Positions 40,965-54,222 are shown, counted from the first letter of the whole stretch. The stretch is DNA of 63,724 nucleotides, filler included, from Octopus bimaculoides (GCF_001194135.2; 6 parts of 6 records of this genome joined end to end with filler, not necessarily neighbours in it), one strand, 5' to 3'. The notes: generated from the sequence alone by a model not told the origin. Numbers and translations: made by a program.

Positions 40965-41596
40965 ATTATTGCGGCTTTTTTGTAATAAATTTTATTCAAC
41001 AAAAAATTTAAACAAAATGCCAAGCAATAATTCAAGTAGATGGTGAATATGCTCTGGAATAATCATTTAAAGATGATTTTTGTTAAATGTTGTTATTGTT
41101 TTTGTTGAATAAAATTTATTGAAAAAAGCTGCAATAATTATGCACCAACCTAATACAATGTTATGATTAGTTGAGGAAGAAGAGGAGGAGGCCAGTAGAA
41201 GTGGATGCTCTACTGAATACATTTTTATAGTCCTTAATTCTGGTTTCAAATCCTGTCAGTTCCAGTCTTTTTAATTTCTCCAGTGTGGTAGGTAGCTTGC
41301 TTACTAACCACATGGTTCCGGGTTCATTCCCACTGCGTGGCACCTTGGGCAAGTGTCTTCTACTATAGCCTCGGGCCGACCAAAGCCATGTGAGCGGATT
41401 TGGTAGATGGAAACTGAAAGAAGCCCGTCATATATATGTATATATATGTGTGTGTGTGTGTATATGTTTGTGTGTCTGTGTTTGTCCCTCCAACATCGCT
41501 TGACAACCGATGGTGGTGTGCTTACTAATGGTTCTGCCAGCTCGCTGCCTTTTATATTAATAATAACAATAATAAAGATAATGAAAATAATCTTAC

Positions 41597-41656
41597 TCCA
41601 AATACAATAATAATTATCTGGAATGTCCTCTCTGCTTGTCTTTGGCCATCAAAGTC
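41597..41656 (-). CDS. SPCS1: Signal peptidase complex subunit 1 (SPC12), exon DFDGQRQAERTFQIIIIVFG
   Basis: Matches [20 protein letters not shown]; long pyrimidine tract + tag acceptor, gtaaga donor; 60 nt, phase 0-0. Confidence 0.88.
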
Positions 41657-43459
41657 CTACAAAAGACAAAAAAAGAGAAACAAGTTATAATTCTTAGCAG
41701 ACAAAAGCTAAAGTCTAGCAGTTAAATGCAATACAAGATACAAGCTGGTTAAGATATCTTTATCATCGTCAGTAAAGTAACGACCAGTGAACTGGTGGTA
41801 GTGGTGGTGGTGGTGGTGGGTCTGCTGGTTTTTTTTTTTGTTCTTATGTGTTATTGAAGAGAAGGTGAGTTCCTAGATTGGTAGAAAATGATGTCTGTAG
41901 AAAAAATGTGGGAAAGGAAGGAATGAGTACCAGAAGTTTGCTTTTGTCATCATCATTTTAACATCCACTTTTCGAAGCTTGCACGAGTCAACAGTGCCGA
42001 GTGAAAGGTAGTGTTTCTTTTTGACTCTGCGTAGGTTGTGCTCAGAAAAAATGTTTATATTCTTGAATATGATAAAGTGTAGAATTAGATTATTATTCTG
42101 ATTCCAGCTTCAGTGTTGCTGCCAGGGTTCGAAAAATAGGGCACATTTACCTCTCTTATTCAGGGGAGATTTTTGAAAAACAAGGGGGAATTCGCGGCAG
42201 TGTTCAGTGAACAAATTAAACACACTACTCGGCAGTGGCTAAAATGCGAACCGATCAAGTTTATATATAAGTATTCTTTTTATATGTTTGTTTCCTTTTA
42301 CACAATATTAAAACAATGGCTAAACATTTTCTGAAGTAGCACCCCCACTAATTTTATCTACGAGCCACCACTGCTATCTTTATACACAGACTGGGTGCAA
42401 TGTTGCATATAGAGTATACACCATAAATGCAACTAGGTTTCCCTATAGATGTTTTGTATATATTTCCGACTAAATGCTTGTCTTGATTAAAGACCAAATG
42501 CTGTTGAGGACTTACAATGAAAAATATATTGAAAGAAGATTCCACAAACATATAATTGCATCAATCCATCCATTTTCTCAGCCCACCATTCCTTAGAACC
42601 TCATGGGGATAGAGTCTGCAGGTACCTCCTCCCTAGGGTCCCATCAAAAGTAGCCATCATTACACTTTCTGGATGGATTCCCAGGCATGACCAACTTTGA
42701 CTATGGATATTATCCGTTTTTTACCTACTTCCAGGCTTCCTGCCAGTTGGCTCAGATTGAAGAATCCATCTTGAGATTCTTTCCTGCAACAACATTCTCT
42801 GTTTTTAAATGTGGAATCCCCCCACCTTCCACACCAAAATTTTTGAGAAATCAAAAACGAAAAAAGAGGGGATGGCAGTTAAAAATTTGGAAGCCTGTTT
42901 TTTTGGTTTTTGGTTAAAATCGTAACCTTTGGGAAGTGTGGGTGCTTATTTGATACATCCACCTGGATATTACGGAATACTGTCAATTTGTGATTCCAAA
43001 CCGAATATCCAACGGTGCGTGGTTGATTAAGTTCGCATCAGTTCTAACTGCATAGCACCTTGATCAAGTTTCTCTAACATTCACCTCAGTTCAGCCACTG
43101 CCTTGTCACTAAAACTTGTCACTCTATTCCTATGATAAATGAACAATATTTTTTTTTTTCGATTTCGTTTCCGGGGAATAAATGTCGACATTAACTAAAA
43201 TTTCAATTAAAAAAAAAAANNNNNNNNNNNNNNNNNNNNNNNNNNNNNNNNNNNNNNNNNNNNTTAATTAATTAANNNNNNNNNNNNNNNNNNNNNNNNN
43301 NNNNNNNNNNNNNNNNNNNTTATGATGATAAAGAATATTTTTCATTTCATGAGAAAATTCATTATCATTATTCAAATTATGCAAATAGTCTTGAAAATCA
43401 GTCAACTCATTAACTGATTGCATGATTGAATTAACAAAGTAATCATTATTTCTATTTAT

Positions 43460-45290
43460 AAACCCTTTAGTGTTCAAACCGGCCAAATCTGGCTGTATCC
43501 GACTGCTCTACAAAATCACTAAAAAAATAAACAAATCATGTTATTGAATTTTCATAACTTTGAAATAACGTGAAACAAAGCCTTTCCCGCCTTTATTCAA
43601 GTATAAATACTGTGAAATTGTTTAGACCACATGGTTTTTTTCAACGTTTGAAGAGAAGTTTGTGCCTTAGTTTTTAATGAAATGGCGTCAGCAAGTAGTG
43701 ATTCCAACTTTAAAGGTTTTACTCTTTACGATATAGAAAATATAAATGAGAACAAGACTAGTTTGTCTTCGGACGAATCTGATATCGATATTAGTGAATA
43801 TTTGTTGAACGAAGAAGATTTTGAGAACGAAAGTGATGAAAATGATATCGTAAACATGGCAACATGGTCAAAGATTACAACACCAATCACTATTCCTGAT
43901 TTCACAGAAAACACTGGTCCACAACACAATTTACCTCCTGATGCTCAACCATTGGACTATTTTTATTTTTACTGGAAAGTTTTTTTGAAAATGTTACGGA
44001 GGAAACAAATATGTGCAACATATAATTTCTATTCGTTGAAGAAGCGATCCACCCTGGCAGCCAACTTATACTGCAGAAATGAGAGTGTTTTTCTTAATAT
44101 TATGTATGGTGTTAAACAGCTTCCATGACTGTGGAACTACTGAAGGTAGTGATATAAGGTATAGTGATCTGTACATCTCAAGTATAATGTCGAAGATGAG
44201 GTATTCGAAAATATCTCAGTATTTACATTTGTTTCTGCTAATGTCCCCAGCAAAAACGACCCAAAGTACGTCCTGTAATTGATTTACTCCTTAATAGTTA
44301 TAAAACTGTATCTACTTGGGAAAAATATCAGTGTAGATGAAGCCACGATAGGCTAAAAGGGCAGAGTACATTTTTCGGCAGTACATGCCTGCCAAACCCA
44401 CTAAATGAGGGATCAAGGTATGGGAAGTTTGTGAATCAGACACCGGATATTGTGTAAACTTTGGTGTTTACACAGGTAAAAAATATAATGGAAACAGACC
44501 ATATGGATTGGGACATGATGTATGGTCTCTTACTGAACCATTTCGCCATCAGTACCGACACCTCTATTTTGACCGTGAGGGGACATTTTACAAATGCAAA
44601 AGGAAAATTTATTAGCTACTGCTTTCAAAGACAAAAGACAGATGTTATTTCTGTCTACTAATGAACAACCTAGTGTTGGTGCTAAGGGGGAAACCCCTAG
44701 TGAATATTTGTTATAACAAATATATGGGTGGGGGTTGAAAAATCTGACCAATATTGGGCATATTACCTAGTTGGTCGACCTGGAAAGAAATGGTGGAGGT
44801 ACATTTTGTGGTTTTTAGTTAATTTAACTATAGTTAATTCATGTTGTTGGCACTCCATCGCTTACGACATCAAGGGTTCCATTTGATCCGATCAACGGAA
44901 CAGCCTGCTCGTGAAATTAACATGCAAGTGGCTGAGCACTCCACAGACACGTGTACCCTTAACGTAATTATCGGGGAGATTCAGCGTGACACAGTGTGAC
45001 AAGGCTGACCCTTTGAATTACAGGCACAACAGAAACAGGAAGTAAGAGCGAGAAAAAGTTGTGGTGGAAGAGTACAGCAGGGTTCACCACCATCCCCTGC
45101 TCAATAAACACTCACAACGCCCGGTCTGAGAATCGAAACAGCGATCCTATGACCGCGAGTCCGCTGCCCTAACCACTGGGCCATTGCACCCCCACACTTC
45201 ATATCATAAAACAAGTTCTAAGCACCAGTCATTAAAAGCTTAGAGCTTAGGAGACATATTTATGAAAGAGGTAGCACTATATATATTGGT
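43460..45290 (+). mobile_element. Decayed piggyBac (PGBD4-like) transposon with left terminus, interrupted by a SINE
   Basis: aaCCCTTTAG terminus; acidic N-terminus then PDFTENTGP..PLDYF, ISVDEA..KGRVHFRQYMPAKPTKWGIKVW, YNKYMGGV..SDQ, KKWWRYILWF; many frameshifts. Confidence 0.9.
44843..45196 (-). mobile_element. SINE family A inserted in the piggyBac ORF
   Basis: Same sequence as 35246-35614; a further partial copy lies at ~47405-47616. Confidence 0.88.
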
Positions 45291-45479
45291 ATGTCAAATA
45301 CTATATAGTGAATATTCTAGATTTATTAAAATTAGCTTCACGTCTAGAGGACGTATCATACTTACCAAATGGCAATCTTGACCAGCTCCACTTGAAAAGG
45401 GAAGATTATCTCAAGATACAAGAATTTCTCCAAAACTTAAGAAGAACTGGCTTATTGTCTGGAGATAGAATAGTTGTAT

Positions 45480-45522
45480 TTGTGGACATGTGTTTCTAGC
45501 TCCACAGCCCTCATCAGTACAA
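45480..45522 (-). ncRNA. Degenerate minimal hammerhead motif
   Basis: TTGTA-CTGATGA-GGGCT-GTGG-AGCTA-GAAA-CACATG-T-C-CACAA; GUC site, with mismatches at the core-proximal pairs of stems I and II. Confidence 0.55.
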
Positions 45523-45597
45523 CAATTGCCTGATCCCATCTCCAGTAGCCAAGAGATTTAGACTTATACAAAATAGAAAACAGCAATGGCCTAAATC

Positions 45598-46575
45598 GTC
45601 GTCGTTTAAAGTCCGCTTTCCATGCTAGCATGGGTTGGACGATTTGACTGAGGACTGGTGAAACCAGATGGCTACACCAGGCTCCAATCTGATTTGGCAG
45701 TTTCTACGACTGGATGCCCTTCCTAACGCCAACCACTCAGAGAGTGTAGTGGGTGCTTTTACGTGTCACCTGCACGAAGGCCAGTCAGGCGGTACTGGCA
45801 ACGGCCACGCTCAAAATGGTGTATTTTATGTGCCACCCCCACNNNNNNNNNNAAATCCTAGGAAGGCCAGTCAGGCGGTACTGGCAACGGCCACGCTCAA
45901 AATGGTGTATTTTATGTGCCACCCCCACAAGAGCCAGTCCAGGGGCACTGGCAACGATCTCGCTTGAAAATCCTACGATGGCCAGTCAGGTGGTACTGGC
46001 AACGGCCACGCTCAAAATGGTGTATATTATGTGCCACCCACACAAGAGCCAGTCCAGGGGCACTGGCAACGATCTCGCTCGAAAGTCCTTAGACATGCCT
46101 CGGGCACAAGTGCCAGAAAGGCGATGCTAGGCACAGGTGCCATCACAAATTCGCTTTCGCTTGCCCCAATAAGTCTTCGCAAGCTGAGTTTCGTGTCCAA
46201 TTTAACTCGATTTCGATTTCACTTGCCTCAACAAGTCCTCGCAAGTGGAGTTTAGTGTCCAATTTAACTTGATTTCGATTTCACTTGCCTCAACAGGTCT
46301 TCTCAAGTGGAGTTTAATGTCCAATGAAGGAAGGTACACCCAAGTGGACTGGCTGAGGCCCTAGACTTAGATCTCACTTGGCTTGCCGGGTTTTCTCACG
46401 CACAGCATTTGGCAGAATATCTACAGCTGGATGCCCTTCCTAAACACCAACCTCTCAGAGAGTGTAGTGGGCGCTTTTACATGCCATCGGCATGAAGGTC
46501 AGTCAGGCGGTACTGGCAATGGCCACGCTCAAAATGGTGTATTTTATGTCACCCGCACAAGAGCCAATCTAGGGG
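45598..46575 (-). mobile_element. Family D cluster with internal module duplications
   Basis: Repeated ggccagtcaggcggtactggcaacggccacgctcaaaatgg modules and a 60-bp duplication at ~46195-46325; other minus-strand copies at 14775-15115 and 56428-56658. Confidence 0.85.
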
Positions 46576-48483
46576 CCTAAATAATTTGCATAATTTAAGC
46601 AAAAATGAGCTAGAAGAAATAACTGAAAATGGTCAATAGAATGTATTTGAGAGAAATTAATATATTTCAGTATGTGAAATACCATAATGAAAATTCTTGA
46701 TCTATTGAAATTATCTCCACCTCTAGAGGCTGCATAATAATGACCAAATGGCAATTATGACCAGAACTACTTGAGAAGTGGGGAGATCCATTACAGCTAA
46801 ACTTAATCAGTTTTGCGCAAGATATATAATCAGGCAACTATCTAAGAAACACACTCATCAGAGTGCCTGGTATAGGAAATAATGGCAACTGCTCTGTTAC
46901 TGGAAGTGAAGAAGTGTCACAGGCAGTCTATGGTTGTTGTGAAAAAGATGAAATGAAATTGCAGGAAGCAAATTAAGAAACAAGATTCCATCAAGAATTA
47001 TGCCATCAAAATGGGGTTTAAGGTGTAGGCAGTGTGAAGTTGACATAAGTGTAGGGAGATTTTGGAGTATAAGGCTGGACAGTTTTGACAGATGGCCAAA
47101 CATATGCATATGTGTGTTTATATGTGTATAGTTTAGTGTGGTCAAAACTTTGAGCTCTCAGGTTCTGATGGTAGTGTTGGCTCCGTAGTGATCCTGGTAG
47201 TGGTCCTAGCATTTGTAATCATGGTGGAGCTCATAGGTAGTCAACCATATATTTTCTCTCATGTGGGCATGAATGAAACATTTTGCTCTTGCAGTTTAGG
47301 TAGGTGTCCAGGTGAAGAGTTTTTTTAATACAATTCTATTCTCAGCCAAACATAGCCTATGCCTTCTGCTACTGTTGAAGTAAGGCTTGCACTTCCTTTG
47401 ATTGCCTCCAACAACTTTGAGATACAGGTACAACAGAAACAGGAAGAAAGAGTGAGAGAAAGTTGTGGCGAAAGAGTACAGCAGGGTTCGCCACCATCCC
47501 CTGCGGAGCTTCATGGAACTTTAGGTGTTTCCGCTCAATAAACACTCACAACACCCGGTCTGAGAATCGAAACCGCGAGTCCGCTGCCCTAACTACTGGG
47601 CCATTGCGCCTCCACCTATAATGCTGTATACTTTGGTTAATATATTGACTCTATTGAAAAATATACAAGTGCCTATTGTTTTTGGCTTATAGATTCTTAG
47701 ATGACTTACTTCTCCCACATGTACAGAGTCTATTGCAATAGACCACTTCTAGCTACTATCCCTGGCAGTGCATTCTTCATAGTCATCAAAGATTCACCAC
47801 AAATACATATTTTAATATCTCTTTATGACTATGAAATTATATAACTTAAGTTGCTCAACAAAAAATATCCCAACTCCATCTAATGAGCTCTACATGAAGA
47901 TGCTACTGAAGAAGATGATAGACTTAGTCAGCCGTCGGAAATGGACAACTTTTTCTTTGACTAAGCTAAACTGCCTGCAAAGCCTGAGCACTTATATCTT
48001 AGATCCAGGAAACTCCCACTCAAGATCAAAGTGACCTCTTGAACATCATTTCTTGGCCAAAATTCCATTGCTCCTCTTCCCCTTTCCTAAATAAACACAA
48101 GAGAGATATTCTGATAAGACCTTTTAGTTTTTTCAAACAAGTCTAAGAATTTGTATAGAGTAGATAATGATACACATGTGTAACTACTAAACAACAACAT
48201 TCACAACAAACATACAAGAAGGCAACCCCTCAAGCCCTTGATAGCATTAACCATAATGTCAAAGAGATAACTTTTGACTGAGGATTGAAGATACAATAGA
48301 GATCCTGGTGAAAGAAAAAAAAACCCTGTATAATAATCAAAGACTACAGACTAAACTTTATCTCAAACTCCAAATGCCATTAGATCAACCATGCAAAATC
48401 AGAGATCAGCCAGGTAAGCAAGCAACTGATCAGAAGGATCAACATGAGAAGAGCCTCTGACCTTACCTTTTGTGCAATGCCAG

Positions 48484-49513
48484 TGTAGTGAAACCTCTCT
48501 CTCGGGCATTCAATCACAAATGATAACGAAGCGGCTAACATCTAGCCTTCGGCTGCCTTGGACCCTTGTGTCCACTACCCTGATTGGTTCTCATTTGCAC
48601 AGCAATCATCACCAGTTCTGTTTTGCGCCAGGGTGCATTCCGTCCAATCGTGGCCTTCTAATAAGGTCACGTGAGAGAGTGATTTCTGCCTATTTTCTGG
48701 AGCCCTATTTCCTCTATAAATAAGCCTGTTTGAACCAGCCAGTTGTCACGATCACAGACTTCTCACAGGTCTGGTCGTTGACCACATACAGAACACAGCT
48801 CCAGCCAGTTTCCAGCAATGACGTCCTCACCACCAAAGTACTGTCTACCACAAAGTCATCGCCAGCAACACCACCACCAGAGTACACACCGACAACAAAC
48901 GCGGTTTCATCTCGACACAATGAGTGGATCAATTCCACCATGAAGTTAACAGTCAGAACCAACCTGCGAGGATATTCTGTACCAGGTAACCGGTCGCAGC
49001 ATCGACGCTCAACACACACAAGTGACACCACAGCTCTGCCCTCTTGGCCACAACTTCCTGCGTATGAACATTCCATCTCCTTATGTAACTCTTATACGAA
49101 CTGGTATTTCTCTATCTCTGTGTTTAGGACTTTTATAGTCTATGTTACAGACACTCTTTCTATGTTCTGTATTCCTTTCTCTCACACACACTCTTGCTAA
49201 CCTTATTTCATATTGTTGTATACATACTCTTGTACACGAAGGCCTGACTTATGTATTGTGTTATTTATACATGCCGCATGCACGAACACACAGACACTAC
49301 AGTTTCACTATGTTAATAAACATACTCTCTTTATATATCTAATGGTTGTCTCTGTCACTCTCTTGTTCCTTTATTGGCACTTGGCTCGCATCTCTCACGG
49401 CGAGCCAACTATGTTATATAACATGTTTTTGTGTTCGACCGTGCAACGCGTTAAAAGGAGCCTTTTCCGTCTCGTCGCCATTCTCCTTTGGTTCGCACGG
49501 TCGTTCTATTACA
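48484..49513 (+). mobile_element. Solo LTR (Gypsy-like), 1030 bp
   Basis: TGTAGTG...TATTACA termini; CCAG target-site duplication at 48480-48483 and 49514-49517; internal TATA box and AATAAA. Confidence 0.85.
48575..48725 (+). promoter_or_regulatory. LTR U3 promoter: two CCAAT boxes, CACGTG E-box, TATA box
   Basis: ctgATTGGtt ~48581, gtCCAATcg ~48643, gtCACGTGa ~48667, cTATAAATaag ~48714. Confidence 0.65.
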
Positions 49514-52177
49514 CCAGCAATCATGACATGGTTTAAAACCAATAGTGGCAGGAGTACAGCAAGGTTTACTCAGTTCAATACAGTGAATTTTTGTCTGTTG
49601 GTATTGAGGGAGTTGTTATATAGTGCATTGGATTTTTTTAGGTTCCCAAAATCTAAGGCTGGATCATCAAACGTAGAATTGGCTCACAGAGCTACACAAA
49701 CAATCATACTTTCTGTAGGGATAGCATGCGGAGGCATCATAACGGACATATAGGGAAGAGTTACAACCTATTGTTAATGGAAGTAGATAAATGGAATGAT
49801 ATACATATAATAGTGTCCTACAAAGGATTTAAATTCAAGACAGCCACAAGCTGGCTCCTTGTTTCTTTTTTTTTTGGGGGGGGGGTCCACTTTATTTGCA
49901 GCATCATTTTACTTCTTCATACATTCTATAGCATTAAAGAGAGGGAGAGTAAAAAAAAATACAGTGCTTGTCTAAACCAAATAAAGATGAACATGAAAAA
50001 GGTAACGGGAGAAAACTACTTTGTTGTTGTCTCCCTTGAGTCGTTAAAGCAATATCAAGTCTTCCGTGGTAGGCGTCCACTCTTTCCATAGTCGCTCATT
50101 CCGCTTAAAACAACTGTTTAATTCTCTCACAAGTTATGGATTACTACTGTCTTTAAAAAAAAGAGTTGGAGACAGTGAATGATGTGTTCCTGGATGCACC
50201 GTTTGCAGAAAAAGAAAACAACAAAAAAAATTAGTCATGGCTGAAACATTTCTGATGCCGTATGCAAAATTCGACTTAACAGCAACCACGGTGCAAATGG
50301 ACAATGAGAAATAAAAATATATATATCCTGATTATTAAAAACAATGAGAAAAAGAAGGAAAATAGTCTCCATGTGGTCAGGTCGTTGCAATCACTTAAAA
50401 ATGAGCTTTTTATAGTAGAAATCTATCGAAATGTTTTAATGCTTTTTGTTATAGAACCGAATGAAGCTGAGTACATATTAGAATGTTTAATATCAATTTT
50501 TTCTTAAGAAAATTAAGGTCCTTTAAATTTTGCGATGGATTGGCAAAATCATCAGAACATCGGACCAAATACTTAACAATATTTAGTTACGATTCTTTAT
50601 GTTCTGGTTTCCAATCCCGCCAAGACCCATTTTGCTTTTACATCTTTCTGGGGACGATAAAATAAATGTCAATAATTGGAGTCGATATAATCATCTGTTC
50701 ACTCCTCTCCAAATTTCTAACCTTGTGTCTTATTTAATGAATAATGTTTTGCGATTTCCTGAAACTGAATATTTCTAAATCATTCTAACATGAAATTTAA
50801 TGATTAAGAAATATCTAAATAACAAGTTGGTTTAAGGTACACGTACTTAATTAGATAAATAATCCACATAATACGAATCCAAAACTGAAGAAAACTTAAG
50901 CATGAGCGAATACTTAGTGTTGAATTGATGTATGAGAGTTGCTTTAAGTGTTTTCTTCTTCGCTTCCTAAATTTTGGAACTTGTAAATCAAACTGCTCGG
51001 AGAAAAAAAAATGTGTTACTAACTTCCCTGCGAGTGTTGTTCTGCCTCGGTTTTAGTTTTCTATTCTATTGCATTTGCCTTATTTTATCGACCTCTGAAA
51101 AAAATGAAGGATAGAATTTATCTTGGGCACGAGTTGAACCTAACTAAACATCATTGGCGTTTTATCTAATGCTCTGCTGATGCTGGAAATATTTGTCAAA
51201 TGGAATGATTTCTAACATTTCGATAGAATTAATTTTTATTTTACTGTTTATTTTCATTTACTACTTTTCTTTTATACAATAACAGGAGCGATAATTCAGA
51301 AAGAAATTACAAATGCCTTAAATTCTTATAACCAGTTGTTTCAGTCCTAGGCCAACCCTAATATCTCATCTCTTTTGGGGTTATCACAGGTTACACTATC
51401 CAGTATGTTTATTTGAAAAGGACACTAGAATATGATGTGAAATACATCTAAAGCTACTTATATCTATTCAAATAGCATTGCTGCCCCACTTTCCAACCTT
51501 TTCTCCTAAAGATATTATATGACCATTCCAGTAGCTGAAAGCAGCAACCAAATTTCTCTCAACTTACGCTCGACGAAACAAAACAAAAAAACACAAAACC
51601 ACCCGCACTGGATTATGCAACCTGGATAAGTGTGCTGATCATCGGTCTACTCTATCAGGGCTAAATATACCAAGAGGCAAAAGACAGACATCGGAAAACA
51701 TAGTGGCTCAACCTGCTAGAAATGACAGCCCAATTCCCCTCAAACTACACTCGACCGTTTTATATAATTGAAAGATACGTTACATTGTATAATCCTACAT
51801 AGCTCCTAACAAAGCCGGGATAGTCATGACTAGAGTGCCATTTTATTTTTTTCTTATCATAGACCTACTCGATCAGCACTGTACTGAGTGAAGCAAGAAG
51901 AGATGGAAGAATAACTAACGCTAACTGGAAAAACAGCTCCTTGCGTGACTGCCATTCCTCTAAACTTATATATATAAAAAAAAGGTCAAAGTGCACTTAA
52001 AAAGACATGAACACCACAACATCAATAAAATAGATATTACAAGTCAGAACAAAGACGTTCCCAAACAACAATCATTGGAAATCTCGTTAGTGTAAGAGTA
52101 ATCTCGTTGTAGGTTTCACAAATCTCGTTGTTCTTTTATTTGTTTACTCACGACATTAACTATTAAAACTGTTCGTC

Positions 52178-52228
52178 ATGGCGTTGGGCAAGCACGGGCA
52201 AGTCTCTGATGGTGCTGATGATACTCTG
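52178..52228 (+). CDS. Possible first coding exon (MALGKHGQVSDGADDTL)
   Basis: gtcATGg start context and strong ctg|gtgagt donor; no downstream exon identified. Confidence 0.3.
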
Positions 52229-52569
52229 GTGAGTCACAAATCATGCACCTTCAACGTAACATTAATCGTATATAAATCAGATCTTCATCGACTTACGATC
52301 AACTTTTTATTCTCTCTCTCTATATATATATATATAAACATATTCGATCTGTGTATTGTGTGTATATATATATATATATATATATACAGAGATCGAATAT
52401 GTTTTACTTCACATATATATCTACAGAATAGATCTGGAAAGACTATAGATCAAATGAGTACTTCGTACATAATTATGTAGACTATTCTATACTTATTTTG
52501 ATAGCGAGAATCTCTACGCAAAGCTCACGATCCCTTATATATATATATATATATATATATATGCAGCAC

Positions 52570-52609
<40 letters not shown>

Positions 52610-53491
52610 GCATACACACACGCACACTCGATCATCATTGATATGTATTTATACTCGCAAATACACACCTCGTACATACATGATCACTTTTTCTGACTAT
52701 ATGTGAAGAGATGAGCATATACACACAAACGAACATTGGTGAATACTACATCCATAAATACACGATCTTTGTGTGTATGTGTGTGTGTACACACACAACA
52801 CACACGCATGCATATATATATATATATAAAACACATGATCACTTTCTTTCTCTGACGTATATACCTTAATCTCAATACAGCTTTACCTACCGCTATATAT
52901 ATAAACTCGCAAATATTACCGATTATTTAATTTATACATGCATAATTTCTATATTGATTAAATATCTTTTCAACAAAAATAGGATTCTTATTATTATTTA
53001 ATAGCTCTAAATACTGAATTCTATGTAGTGTTATTCAAAATATACTATTGTTTAGAAATGTACATTTACATTCCCTTGTAATAGATAATACTGTATATCC
53101 GATTATCTTGATGCATAAATTTTATGTATTTTCAACCTAACTATCCACATTTTTTCACCAGGACTTTTAAAAAACCAGCAAAACAGATGGTTTCAAAACG
53201 ATTTAATTCTTTATTTAAACCGATTAGCCATAAATGTTTTATCAATAATAAGATATATATATTTTTCAACCTTAAAAGAAAAAAATTAGATTTATTTTTA
53301 AAACAGCAAGTTGTATTATCTGCTTTAAACTTGCACGATTTCTGTTATTCTATATTAATAGAAATTATATTTAACAATTTCTGAAATTTGGTTTTCTATA
53401 AATTTAGAAGAGATGTTCAAATTTCGTTACGCAAGTGTTATGTTTTACACATCAGGCTATTATTTTTATTTTACTTTGTTTAAATATATAT

Positions 53492-53576
53492 ATGAAATCA
53501 TCATCATCATCGTTTAACGTCCGCTTTTTTGCTAGCATGGAAAGCGGACGTTAAACGATGATGATGATGATTTCAT
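53492..53576. repeat. Perfect 36-bp hairpin built from two head-to-head family D tails
   Basis: 53492-53527 is the exact reverse complement of 53541-53576; 13-nt loop. Confidence 0.95.
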
Positions 53577-54033
53577 GTGCATAATATTCTCTATTGTATC
53601 CATTGAACGCGATTGTGCTTTGAAAGAAGCTTTGCAATGCAAGTCACTTTCATTCGGAATTGATCTGCTGATGTATTACAATAATTATAAAATTATACAT
53701 ATTTATATATGTATACATCCTTGGACTGCAAACTCTTGTTTTATGAATATCTTACTGATCGGGTAGAACAATTAAGGTGAAGTGTGGAATGAAATCTCAA
53801 AAAGAAATAATTCCGGAACATACGTAGAAAGACATGTATAATGTGTGCGTGCTGTTTCATAGCGAAGTCGACATATGATATTGACATATGTTGATAAATG
53901 TTGAGTAAAAGGAAGTATTTTCGTCCTGTTTTTCGGTTGTTTATTATCGCCAAGACAAATTCTATTTGGAAAAATTAACAATCAACTATCACAATGTGTA
54001 TTTCAGGTAGATATAAAGAAACAAATATGAAAG

Positions 54034-54071
<38 letters not shown>

Positions 54072-54155
54072 GCGAAGATTTCATGTACGCACACTATAAA
54101 TGCGTATCTTCAAAGAACAAAGAAAGAAAAATGATCGGAGTGTGTGTGCATACAT

Positions 54156-54222
<67 letters not shown>

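Larger units (their letters stand above)
47820..49720 (+). mobile_element. Decayed Penelope-like RT fragment of a different lineage, split by a solo LTR
   Basis: SCSTKNIPTPSNELYMKMLLKK, ADKxKNLY-like and TLKDHK-like segments before 48483; resumes after 49517 with MTWFKTNSGRSTARFTQFNTVNF..LLYSALDF (compare VIDWF...FIQFDIVDFYPSI..LL.KALDF). Confidence 0.75.

Noticed and set aside
42350-42900. Possible LINE fragment or SPCS1 first exon
   Set aside because: No RT motif was recovered and no ATG-donor matching the SPCS1 N-terminus was found.
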